From NCBI GenBank assembly GCA_018710785.1, contig DVJD01000089.1:6598-70597 (forward strand): a stretch of 64,000 nucleotides of DNA, given 5' to 3'. Origin of the DNA: Candidatus Fimimorpha excrementavium. GTDB taxonomy: Bacteria; Bacillota; Clostridia; Lachnospirales; Lachnospiraceae. Shown one piece after another: positions 7,787 through 15,883 of the stretch. Within the stretch, counting starts at the first letter, position 1. Every line of letters starts with the position of its first letter. The notes under the pieces are model-generated. The model was not told where the DNA came from. It made no database searches and worked only from the letters and a program-made list of their open reading frames with translations. The position numbers were made by a program, and so were the translations under genes.

Positions 7787-9715
7787 TCAGGCTTCTTCGG
7801 CGGAAGCTTTGCGGTTTTTGCGGCTGGCGATCTCTTCTTTTACGGAGGAGAGGAAGGCGGAAAGTTCTTTGGAACCTTCGTCGCCCTGGAAGCGGCTTCT
7901 GACGGAAACGGTGTGGGTTTCTTCTTCTTTGGCGCCCACGATCAGCATATAAGGGATCTTTTTCAGCTGTGCTTCGCGGATCTTGTAGCCGATTTTTTCG
8001 GTTCTGGTATCCAGATCGGCGCGGATGCCGGAATCCCGGAGGGTTTGAAGTACTTCTTTGGCGTAGGCTTGATGCTTGTCGGAAATGGGCAGGACACGGA
8101 CCTGAACCGGAGCCAGCCAGGTGGGGAAGGCACCGGCAAAGTGTTCGATCAGGATGCCGATGAAACGTTCGATGGAACCGAATACCACGCGGTGGATCAT
8201 GATCGGTCTGTGTTTCTCGCCGTCAGCGCCGGTGTATTCCAGCTGGAACCGAAGCGGGAGCTGGAAGTCCAGCTGGATGGTTCCGCACTGCCAGGTTCTT
8301 CCGATGGAATCTTCCAGATGGAAGTCGATCTTTGGTCCGTAGAACGCGCCGTCTCCTTCATTGACCACATAGGGAAGACCAAGGTCATCCAGGGCATCGC
8401 GCAGGGCATCGGTGGCCATCTCCCAATCTTCATCGCTGCCGATGCTGTTGTCCGGTCGTGTGGAGAGTTCCACATGGTATTTGAAGCCAAACAGCTGGTA
8501 TACTTCATCGATCAGACGGGCTACGCCTTTGATTTCGCTGCGGATCTGTTCCGGCGTCATGAAAATATGGGCATCGTCCTGGGTGAAGCAGCGCACGCGC
8601 ATCAGTCCGTGGAGCTGACCGGATTTTTCATGGCGGTGAACCAGACCCAGTTCTCCCATGCGCAGGGGCAGATCCCGGTAGGAGCGGGGTTCGGACTGGT
8701 AGACAAGAACGCCGCCGGGGCAGTTCATGGGTTTGATGGCGAAATCCTGCTCATCGATGACGGTGGTATACATATTTTCCTTATAGTGATCCCAGTGGCC
8801 GGAAGTCTCCCAGAGCGTGCGGCTCAGCATGATGGGGGTGGAAATCTCCACATAACCGGCCTTTGTATGGATTTCTCTCCAGTAGTCCAGCAGGGTATTT
8901 TTCAGTACCATGCCGTTGGGCAGGAAGAAGGGGAATCCGGGACCTTCTTCCCGCATCATAAAGAGCCCCAGTTCCTTTCCCAGTTTTCTATGGTCGCGTT
9001 TTTTGGCCTCTTCCAGACGGTTCAGATATTCTTCCAGTTCTGCTTTTTTCGTAAAGGCGGTCCCGTAGATACGGGTCAGCATCTTGTTCTTTTCATTGCC
9101 TCTCCAGTAGGCGCCGGCCAGGCTGGTCAGCTTAAAGGCTTTTACCGGTTTGGTGCTCATCAGATGGGGGCCTGCACACAGATCCACGAATTCTCCCTGC
9201 TGATAGAAGCGGATGACGGCATCTTCCGGAAGATCCTCGATCAGTTCCACCTTATAGGGTTCGTTCTTTTCTTTCATGAATGCGATGGCCTCATTTCTGG
9301 GCTTGGTAAACCGGGTAATGGGAAGCGCTTCCTTTACGATCTTCTTCATCTCCGCCTCAATCTTTTCCAGATCGTCATTGGTAAACGGCGTCTCCCGGTC
9401 CACATCATAGTAGAAGCCGTCGGCGATGGAAGGCCCGATGGCCAGTTTGGTCTCCGGATAGAGGCGTTTGATGGCCTGGGCCATGATATGGGAGGTGGTA
9501 TGGCGGAAGGCATCGCGGCCTCCCTGATCGTCAAAGGTAAGAATATTTAAATGGCAGTCATGGTCCACCATGGTGCGCAGGTCCTGAACGTCTCCGTCGA
9601 TTTCTCCTGCACAGGCGACTCTGGCCAGACCTTCGCTGATATCAGAAGCGATATCCAGGATGGACTTGGGTTCCTGGTATTCCTTTGTAGTACCGTCTTT
9701 TAATGTGATAATCAT
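7787..9715 (-). CDS. thrS: Threonine--tRNA ligase
   Basis: TGS-domain start MIITLKDGT, editing and class II core motifs (HRHEKSG, FTQDDAHIF, GAFYGPKID), C-terminal anticodon-binding domain. Start moved to ATG 9715 after AAAGGAGA. The ORF-track extension reads through the T-box leader. Confidence 0.95.
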   Translation of the reverse strand: MIITLKDGTTKEYQEPKSILDIASDISEGLARVACAGEIDGDVQDLRTMVDHDCHLNILTFDDQGGRDAFRHTTSHIMAQAIKRLYPETKLAIGPSIADGFYYDVDRETPFTNDDLEKIEAEMKKIVKEALPITRFTKPRNEAIAFMKEKNEPYKVELIEDLPEDAVIRFYQQGEFVDLCAGPHLMSTKPVKAFKLTSLAGAYWRGNEKNKMLTRIYGTAFTKKAELEEYLNRLEEAKKRDHRKLGKELGLFMMREEGPGFPFFLPNGMVLKNTLLDYWREIHTKAGYVEISTPIMLSRTLWETSGHWDHYKENMYTTVIDEQDFAIKPMNCPGGVLVYQSEPRSYRDLPLRMGELGLVHRHEKSGQLHGLMRVRCFTQDDAHIFMTPEQIRSEIKGVARLIDEVYQLFGFKYHVELSTRPDNSIGSDEDWEMATDALRDALDDLGLPYVVNEGDGAFYGPKIDFHLEDSIGRTWQCGTIQLDFQLPLRFQLEYTGADGEKHRPIMIHRVVFGSIERFIGILIEHFAGAFPTWLAPVQVRVLPISDKHQAYAKEVLQTLRDSGIRADLDTRTEKIGYKIREAQLKKIPYMLIVGAKEEETHTVSVRSRFQGDEGSKELSAFLSSVKEEIASRKNRKASAEEA

Positions 9716-9998
9716 TTCGTTTCTCCTTTCGGTTTGATGGGCGGGAGGGAATCGGACCAAATAAAAAAGTCCCTTACAGCACCATGGCTGTAAGGGACGG
9801 GCATACATGCTCGCGGTTCCACCCTTTTTGTGAATCGAATCCTGCGATTCACCGCTTACTTTGATGATAACGGAATCACCGGGCCGGATTGGGGCCGCTT
9901 GGAGCTGGTCTTCAAATGGTTCCCAATAAGATGCTTTCAGCGCAGGGCATCTCTCTCTGGATTGTTCCGCATTTTACTCGTCTCTTCATCGCTTTGCT
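9716..9998 (-). promoter_or_regulatory. T-box leader (threonine specifier ACC) controlling thrS
   Basis: On the minus strand: GCGATGAAGAGACGAGTA stem I start, AGAGAG box, specifier context GAAG-ACC-A (ACC is plus 9907-9909), T-box core GGGTGGAACCGCG (plus 9812-9824), then a terminator hairpin. Confidence 0.8.
9763..9798 (-). terminator. T-box attenuator terminator
   Basis: 12-bp stem GTCCCTTACAGC/GCTGTAAGGGAC with a 6-nt loop, followed on the minus strand by TTTTTT. Confidence 0.8.
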
Positions 9999-10004
9999 GG
10001 TTTC

Positions 10005-10032
10005 ATTATAACATGTGAAACCCATTTGTCAA
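10005..10032 (-). promoter_or_regulatory. Sigma-A-type promoter for the thrS leader
   Basis: On the minus strand, TTGACA (10027-10032), a 16-nt spacer ending in TGT, then TATAAT (10005-10010). Confidence 0.6.
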
Positions 10033-10064
10033 CGTTCTTTTTTGAGGAAGATTTCAGGACAAAC

Positions 10065-11189
10065 TTAGTGCGATGCAAAATATTCGTCTACGCCGCTGCA
10101 GATACCCTGCACGATCTTGTCCTGGAAAGACGGCGTGTTCAGCGCTCTGTCCTCATCTGGATTGGACATATATCCCATCTCCACGATGGTCACAGGGATC
10201 TGGCTCCAATTGATCCCGCTCATGTCGTCTGTGGCCAGCACGCCAATATTTCTCTGTCCTGTATTGGCCGCAATATGATTGACGATAGATGCGGACAGCG
10301 CATTGCTGGAGGCCGACAGGTGAGCCACATACGGATTCCCGGCACTGGGCGCCATGGTCAGGATGCCGTTCATGGCTGGGTCGGCAGAGCCATTGGCATG
10401 GATGCGGATGAAAATTTCTGCTCCGCTGGCATAGGCCATATCCGCCCGATCTTTGTTGCTCAGCCGGACATCCTGGCTGGTTCTCACCATATATACCTGA
10501 TATCCCCTGGCCTGCAGAGCATCCCTGAGCTTTAAGGCAACCGTCAGGTTCAGCTGGGATTCGGCTACGCCGGTGACACATCCCTGGGTGCCGGATGAGG
10601 TCTTGGGCTTCATGGCAGAGGCTCCGGGACCAATGGGCTCCAGCTCATTCCAGGCGCTGGCCTGATGGCCCGGGTCAATGGCTATCATGCGGCTGCCAGA
10701 AACAGGAACAGACGGTGCTGTCTGAGGCTGAGTGGGCGGCTGTGTCTGGGGCTGAGTGGGCGGTGCTGTCTGAGGCTGAGTGGGCGGTTGTGTCTGAGGC
10801 TGAGTGGGCGGTTGTGTCTGAGGCTGGGTGGGCGGCTGTGTCGGCGGCTCCGTTTCCGGCTCTGACGGTGGCACGGTTTCTGTCTGCGAGGATTCTGTCG
10901 CAGCCGTCTGCGATTCCGTTTCCCGTCCGGCCTGATCGTCTGTCTCACGATCGGTTTCCGTCTCCGCTTCTTCTGTTTTTTCACTCTCTTTTTTCGTCTC
11001 CGTTTCCCCGACTGTTCTGTCCGCTGTCTCCTTCACGGATTCGCTCTTCGTTTGGGATTCTGTGAACCCCGGCGTTTCCTGAAGTTCCTGCTCCCTGCCG
11101 CAGCCGCCGACTGTCAGTAAAATGGTCAGCAGCAGAACCGCGGCCACACGCAACGTTCTCCATTTCATACTGTACGTTCTCCATTTCAT
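10065..11189 (-). CDS. N-acetylmuramoyl-L-alanine amidase (Amidase_3-type) lipoprotein with Pro/Thr/Gln-rich linker
   Basis: Signal peptide plus lipobox TVGGCG. Acidic and PTQPQTQP linker. C-terminal IAIDPGH...IHAN...VEMGYMSN amidase motifs. Start set to ATG 11189, 9 nt after AAGGAGG; ATG 11198 abuts the RBS. Confidence 0.85.
   Translation of the reverse strand: MKWRTYSMKWRTLRVAAVLLLTILLTVGGCGREQELQETPGFTESQTKSESVKETADRTVGETETKKESEKTEEAETETDRETDDQAGRETESQTAATESSQTETVPPSEPETEPPTQPPTQPQTQPPTQPQTQPPTQPQTAPPTQPQTQPPTQPQTAPSVPVSGSRMIAIDPGHQASAWNELEPIGPGASAMKPKTSSGTQGCVTGVAESQLNLTVALKLRDALQARGYQVYMVRTSQDVRLSNKDRADMAYASGAEIFIRIHANGSADPAMNGILTMAPSAGNPYVAHLSASSNALSASIVNHIAANTGQRNIGVLATDDMSGINWSQIPVTIVEMGYMSNPDEDRALNTPSFQDKIVQGICSGVDEYFASH
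10714..10847. repeat. 24-bp tandem repeat, about 5.5 copies, coding (PTQPQT[QA]P)n
   Basis: Units at 10714, 10738, 10762, 10786 and 10810, plus a partial unit. Units differ at 1-3 positions. Confidence 0.9.
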
Positions 11190-11194
11190 ACTGT
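11153..11194. repeat. Perfect 21-bp tandem duplication at the amidase start
   Basis: ACGTTCTCCATTTCATACTGT occurs twice (11153-11173 and 11174-11194). This duplicates the MKWRT start region in frame. Confidence 0.95.
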
Positions 11195-11357
11195 GCATCC
11201 TCCTTATTTTTTCTATCGTTTTCCAGAGTTGAGAATCGCTGGCACCTGATTAAAAAAGGTTTCTCACTTTATGGTTATTATAAAATCCCGCAGAAGCATC
11301 TGTCAACTTTTTTGCATGATATCCGCTTGATAATTATGTTAAAAGTCTGTTAAAAAC

Positions 11358-11386
11358 TTTACACCAATGTTCTCGTAATATATAAT
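11358..11386 (+). promoter_or_regulatory. Near-consensus promoter of the phosphonate module
   Basis: TTTACA (11358-11363), 17-nt spacer, TATAAT (11381-11386). Leaves a leader of about 160 nt. Confidence 0.55.
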
Positions 11387-11420
11387 GGAAGCGAAAAATG
11401 AACAAAAGAGACAAAAAGGA

Positions 11421-11537
11421 ATGAAAATGTTTGGATTTATTAGCGGTTTCTGCTATTTACAATTTTCATTTTCGGCCGTATACTTCTTTACAAGAACACA
11501 AAACAAGAAAAAAACCGATGAAAATGTTCATATATAA
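11421..11537 (+). CDS. Candidate leader or small membrane peptide (38 aa, Phe-rich): MKMFGFISGFCYLQFSFSAVYFFTRTQNKKKTDENVHI
   Basis: ORF read by eye; it is below the ORF-track size cutoff. AAAGGA lies just upstream, with best spacing for the second ATG at 11427. It stops 16 nt before the phnW-like start. Confidence 0.25.
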   Translation: MKMFGFISGFCYLQFSFSAVYFFTRTQNKKKTDENVHI

Positions 11538-11553
11538 GATGGAGGAAAACAAA

Positions 11554-12675
11554 ATGGAACAAAAAATACTTTTGACTGCCGGCCCGATCTGTACCAGCAT
11601 GAGAGTAAAGGAAGCGATGCTTCGCGACCTTGGAACAAGGGATCACGAATATCAGGATATGGTGGAGCAGCTGAGAAATGAATTGCTGCAGCTGGCGCAT
11701 GTGGATGCGGATACCCATTCGGTTGTGTTTCTGCAGGGTTCCGGAACCTATGGCGTGGAAAGTGTTTTGGACAGTTCTGTGGGGAAAAAGGGAAAGGTAC
11801 TCATTTTGTCCAATGGAGCCTATGGAGAGAGGATGGAGCAGATCTGCATCGCCCATGGCATTTCCCATCAGATGCAGTCGTTTTCCAAACTGGAAGCGCT
11901 TCCGGTGGAGCAGCTGGAATCCTATATTAAGGAGGACAGCATTACCCATGTGGCGTTCATCCACTGCGAGACGACGGCAGGGGTTCTCAATGATTTGGAA
12001 GCGATTTTGAAATTGACGCACAAGTATCACAAAAGAAGCATCGTGGATGCCATGAGCAGCTTCGGAAGCATGGAGATGAATCTGAAAGAGCTGGATATGG
12101 ATTTTCTGATCACTTCCTCCAACAAATGCCTTCACGGCGTTCCGGGTGTGGCGATTATCTATGGAAAACAGGAGGCGTTTCAGCAGTGCGAAGGCAATGC
12201 GGATAACCTGGCCATGGATTTGTATAAGCAGTGGGCGGAGATGGAAGCATCCCGCGGCGCATTCCGTTTTACGTCGCCGACCCATGTTCTTTTGGCGCTG
12301 AACGAGGCCGTGAAGGAACTGAAAGAGCAGGGAGGCATTGCGGTAAGGCACGATCATTATGTGTTTCTGCAGAAGAAAATTCAGGATACCATGAAAGAAC
12401 TGGGATTTGAGGCTCCGGTAAAGAGAGAAGAGCAGGCGCCGGTGATCACCACCTATTTCATTCCCGAATGGATGGATTTTTCCCATTTCTATGATTGGAT
12501 GAAGGAGCGGGATATTTTGCTGTACAGCGGAAAGCTCCCGGGATATCACGCATTCCGGATCGGAAACCTGGGAGACCTGTCAGTTTCTGACATTGAGCGG
12601 ACATTGGATGAGATCCGCGTGTACGTCGGGGAGTACGGACCGAAGAGCGGCAAACCATCAATGGTTGAAGAATGA
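11554..12675 (+). CDS. phnW: 2-aminoethylphosphonate:pyruvate aminotransferase-like class V aminotransferase
   Basis: N-terminus ILLTAGPICTSMRVKEAML and PLP-lysine context SSNKCLHGVPG match the AEP transaminase pattern. Start moved to ATG 11554, 8 nt after GGAGGA. Confidence 0.8.
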   Translation: MEQKILLTAGPICTSMRVKEAMLRDLGTRDHEYQDMVEQLRNELLQLAHVDADTHSVVFLQGSGTYGVESVLDSSVGKKGKVLILSNGAYGERMEQICIAHGISHQMQSFSKLEALPVEQLESYIKEDSITHVAFIHCETTAGVLNDLEAILKLTHKYHKRSIVDAMSSFGSMEMNLKELDMDFLITSSNKCLHGVPGVAIIYGKQEAFQQCEGNADNLAMDLYKQWAEMEASRGAFRFTSPTHVLLALNEAVKELKEQGGIAVRHDHYVFLQKKIQDTMKELGFEAPVKREEQAPVITTYFIPEWMDFSHFYDWMKERDILLYSGKLPGYHAFRIGNLGDLSVSDIERTLDEIRVYVGEYGPKSGKPSMVEE

Positions 12676-12707
12676 ATATGACAGTTGGATAGAAGGGAGA
12701 ACGGGAA

Positions 12708-13868
12708 ATGAAAGCAGTTTGGCTGATTCATGAGTTGACGGAGAGGGGAATCGGGCATTTTATCGGTGTGCCGGACAGTACGCTGTCGGATTTTTGCAAG
12801 TGTCTGGAGCGGCAGTATGCAGACTGCCATGAGGTTCCGGCCAATGAAGGAGCGGCGGTGGCTTTGGCGGCAGGCCATTATCTGGCGGAGCAGAAGCCGT
12901 GTCTGGTTTATATGCAGAACAGCGGGATCGGAAATGCGGTCAATCCCATCTGCAGCCTGATCCATGAGAAGGTGTATCGGATTCCGGTTTTATTTTTTGT
13001 GGGATACCGCGGGGAGCCGGGGAAGAAGGACGAACCGCAGCATGTGTTCCAGGGAGAGGTTACCATCCCGCTTTTGAACCAGCTTGGCATTCCCTGTGAG
13101 GTGATCGGAAGCGAGACGACAGAGGAAGAGATGAAGGCGATTCTCGACCGTGCATGGGATGCGCTTGCAGACCGAAAGCCCTATGCAGTGGTGATTAAGA
13201 AGGGAACCTTTGAAAAAGAGACGGCCGGGACGGATCCGGGATCGAAGAAGACGGACAGCCGGTTTGGCGCGGATGTGCCGTTTACCATGAAGAGAGAGGA
13301 TGCGATTCGGGTATTTGCGGAATATCTGAAACCGGAGGATGCGGTGATTTCCACCACCGGGAAGATTTCCCGAGAGCTGTATGAACAGCTGGATCAGCAG
13401 AAGGGAAGCCACAGTCAGGCCTTTCTTACCGTGGGGTCCATGGGACATGCGTCCATGATCGCCCTGGGATTTGCAGAGTCCAGACCGGATAAGCGGGTGT
13501 ACTGTCTGGACGGTGACGGAGCGGCATTGATGCATCTGGGCGCCATGGCGTTTATCGGGGAACACCATCCGGGTAATTTGGTACACTTGGTATTAAATAA
13601 CCGGGCCCATGAGTCGGTGGGGGGGATGGCCACGGGAGCCGTCCATATCGACTGGAAGCGCGTGGCGGAAAGTTTGGGCTATCTGCATGCGTACTCGGTG
13701 AAAAATGAGACAGAGCTTCGGCTGATTTTGGAAGAATGTCAGGAATTGACCGGCCCTGTTTTTATCGAGGCAAAAGTGGCGCTGGGAGCCAGGGAAGATC
13801 TGGGACGTCCGAAGGAGCGGGCGCAGGAAAACGGAGATCAGTTTGTGAACTATCATCAGTCAGTATAA
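12708..13868 (+). CDS. aepY: Phosphonopyruvate decarboxylase (ThDP-dependent)
   Basis: About 386 aa with single-chain ThDP architecture. N-terminus GIGHFIGVPDS. ThDP motif GDGAALMHLG...NN. Located between the transaminase and the PEP mutase. Confidence 0.8.
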   Translation: MKAVWLIHELTERGIGHFIGVPDSTLSDFCKCLERQYADCHEVPANEGAAVALAAGHYLAEQKPCLVYMQNSGIGNAVNPICSLIHEKVYRIPVLFFVGYRGEPGKKDEPQHVFQGEVTIPLLNQLGIPCEVIGSETTEEEMKAILDRAWDALADRKPYAVVIKKGTFEKETAGTDPGSKKTDSRFGADVPFTMKREDAIRVFAEYLKPEDAVISTTGKISRELYEQLDQQKGSHSQAFLTVGSMGHASMIALGFAESRPDKRVYCLDGDGAALMHLGAMAFIGEHHPGNLVHLVLNNRAHESVGGMATGAVHIDWKRVAESLGYLHAYSVKNETELRLILEECQELTGPVFIEAKVALGAREDLGRPKERAQENGDQFVNYHQSV

Positions 13869-13887
13869 ATTAAAGAGAGGAAATGAG

Positions 13888-15192
13888 ATGGGTAAAACAG
13901 TCTATGCGGCGTTCACCTCGGAAGTGATCCATGAAGGCCATAAAAACATATTGGAAGAAGCAAAAAAATACGGGGATGTGATCGTGGGTGTCTACAGTGA
14001 TGAAGCGATCCTGCGGTTTGACCGCTATCCTACGGTGCCATTTGAAGAGCGGATGAATGTATTTCGCAGTCTGCCCGGCATTTCCCAGGTGGTTGTGCAG
14101 AAAAACGTGTCTTATAGGGAAAATTTGCTGAAATATCGTCCGGATTATGTGATTCATGGGGATAACTGGAAATGGAATGAACAGAAAGTCATCCGGGAGG
14201 AAGTGATTCAGATCTTAAAGGAGTGGGGCGGAGAGCTGATTGAAGTGCCCTACACGGTCAATGATCATGTGAAGAAGGTGGAACGGGATCTGAAGGACCA
14301 GCTTGCCATGCCGGAGTTTCGCCGCCGTCGGCTGAGAGAAGTGCTGAAGCTGCGCCCCATCGTGCGCGCGTTGGAGGTACACAATGGAATTACTTCTCTG
14401 ATCTGTGAAAAAACCATCGTGGGTTCCGAGGTGGACGGAGGGCTGGATCAGTACGATGCCCAGTGGGTATCCTCCCTGTGTGATTCCACGGCCAAGGGAA
14501 AACCGGATATTGAGCTGGTGGACATGTCCAGCCGGATGCGCACCATCGATGAGATCATGGATGTCTCCACAAAGCCCATTATCCTGGACGGCGACACGGG
14601 CGGTCTGATCGAGCATTTTGTATACAATGTCAGAACCATGGAGCGCATGGGAATCTCTGCGGTCATCATCGAGGATAAGACAGGGCTGAAGAAAAACAGT
14701 CTGTTTGGAACGGAAGTGGAACAAACCCAGGATACCATCGAAGGGTTCTGTGAAAAGATCCGAGCGGGAAAAGAAGCGCTTCGAAGCAAAGACTTCATGA
14801 TCATCGCCCGCATCGAAAGTCTGATTCTGGAGAAGGGAATGGAGGACGCCCTCGCGCGTGCCTTTGCCTATGTGAAGGCAGGCGCAGACGGCATCATGAT
14901 CCATTCCAGAAAAAAGGATCCGGATGAAATCTTTGAATTCTGTGATACCTTCCGCAGACAGGATAAGGTGACTCCCATCGTGGTGGTGCCCACGTCCTAT
15001 AATCAGGTGACGGAAGAAGAGCTGGCGGCCCATGGAATCAATATCGTCATCTATGCCAACCAGCTGACCAGAGCGGCATTTCCTGCCATGCAGAATGTGG
15101 CGTCGGAGATCCTGAAGCATCACCGGGCAAAAGAAGTGGATGATAAACTGATGCCGTTTAAAGATGTGATCCGGCTGATTGATCCGGAGTAA
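13888..15192 (+). CDS. aepX: Phosphoenolpyruvate mutase fused to an N-terminal HxGH cytidylyltransferase domain
   Basis: EDKTGLKKNS (14671-14700) matches the PepM-diagnostic EDKxxxxxNS motif. N-terminal ~135 aa carry HEGH (13930-13941) and ...YVIHGDNW, as in CCT/ECT/TagD-type cytidylyltransferases. Confidence 0.9.
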   Translation: MGKTVYAAFTSEVIHEGHKNILEEAKKYGDVIVGVYSDEAILRFDRYPTVPFEERMNVFRSLPGISQVVVQKNVSYRENLLKYRPDYVIHGDNWKWNEQKVIREEVIQILKEWGGELIEVPYTVNDHVKKVERDLKDQLAMPEFRRRRLREVLKLRPIVRALEVHNGITSLICEKTIVGSEVDGGLDQYDAQWVSSLCDSTAKGKPDIELVDMSSRMRTIDEIMDVSTKPIILDGDTGGLIEHFVYNVRTMERMGISAVIIEDKTGLKKNSLFGTEVEQTQDTIEGFCEKIRAGKEALRSKDFMIIARIESLILEKGMEDALARAFAYVKAGADGIMIHSRKKDPDEIFEFCDTFRRQDKVTPIVVVPTSYNQVTEEELAAHGINIVIYANQLTRAAFPAMQNVASEILKHHRAKEVDDKLMPFKDVIRLIDPE

Positions 15193-15197
15193 AAAAA

Positions 15198-15236
15198 GAA
15201 AGGGTGTGACTTTTGCGTCACCCCTTTCTTTTTTTG
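15198..15236. terminator. Bidirectional terminator between aepX and the DUF4405 gene
   Basis: GAAAGGGTGTGAC / GTCACCCCTTTC stem with an A-run before it and a T-run after it. Confidence 0.7.
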
Positions 15237-15855
15237 GATATCGTTTGCATCGCCTTTGCCCCGCAGTGTGCCAGGAATACAAATAATCCCATAATGGCAA
15301 TATATTCCGTAAAAAACAGCGGCAGCGGGCGTTCAAAATCGAAAAAGACAAATGAGGATGTCAGAAACAGGTAAGAAAGAAACTGGTTCTTTATAAACGC
15401 GTACAGCCCATATACAGCGACGGCTATGCTTCCAAGGCGAAGCCCTATTTTAAGCGGCCTGGACTGGATTGGGCCGGATGCTTTCCGTATCATACCCAGA
15501 ATCATATTCCAGTGCAGACCCAGGTGCAGAGACATTAAGACAAAACCCCAGAAGGAACATAACATGTGCATGGGACGTGCCAGCGAAAGACCTCCTGAGA
15601 TGGGAAGGAATGCGAAAACCTCTCTGGACAGGATCACAGCACTGATCATGGTTCCGAGCATGGAGAGAAAAAGCAGCAGATTCACCGCTGTCTGTACGAT
15701 ACGAAAAGGGGTATATTTTCCCTTGAACAAATGACCATGCCAGCTCCCAGCCATTCATGGGCGGTATCTCCCGTAAGCTGCCTTGCCATCAAAAACAGGA
15801 GCAGCAGGGTCATTACAAAATCAATGCTTATTTTGATAATCAATTTTGGCTTCAT
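15218..15855 (-). pseudogene. DUF4405-type membrane protein, apparently disrupted by a frameshifting internal deletion near 15735-15750
   Basis: MKPKLIIKISIDFVMT...HEWLGAGM (start 15855 after GAGGAG) stops after 57 codons. The remainder, HLFKGKYTPFRIVQTAVNLLLF...HLGLHW, continues in another frame (ORF 15218..15754). Confidence 0.5.
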
Positions 15856-15883
15856 CGTGATTCTCCTCTTTTGCGGCAAACGG

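Noticed and set aside
7200-7902. Four 62-83-aa ORFs (7200..7388, 7256..7459, 7425..7667, 7651..7902) in the phosphatase-thrS intergenic region.
   Set aside because: They are generated by the long-hairpin repeats being read in both directions. They have no RBS, mirror-image peptide content, and overlap each other.
7913-9550. 545-aa ORF on the + strand opposite thrS.
   Set aside because: It is a shadow ORF of a strongly supported gene. It has Gly/Phe/Asp-rich low-complexity translation, no RBS and no motifs. thrS on the minus strand has full class II synthetase motifs and a T-box leader.
10026-10535. 169-aa + strand ORF and the Arg/Leu-repeat ORFs (10595..11065, 10665..10865, 10685..10984) over the amidase gene.
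   Set aside because: They are antisense to or out of frame with the amidase. The repetitive ones are simply the 24-bp tandem repeat read in other frames.
10714-10847. Regularly spaced 24-bp repeats, considered as a possible CRISPR-like array.
   Set aside because: The units are directly tandem with no spacers. They are in frame within a coding region, encoding a Pro/Thr/Gln linker, and there are no cas genes in the window.
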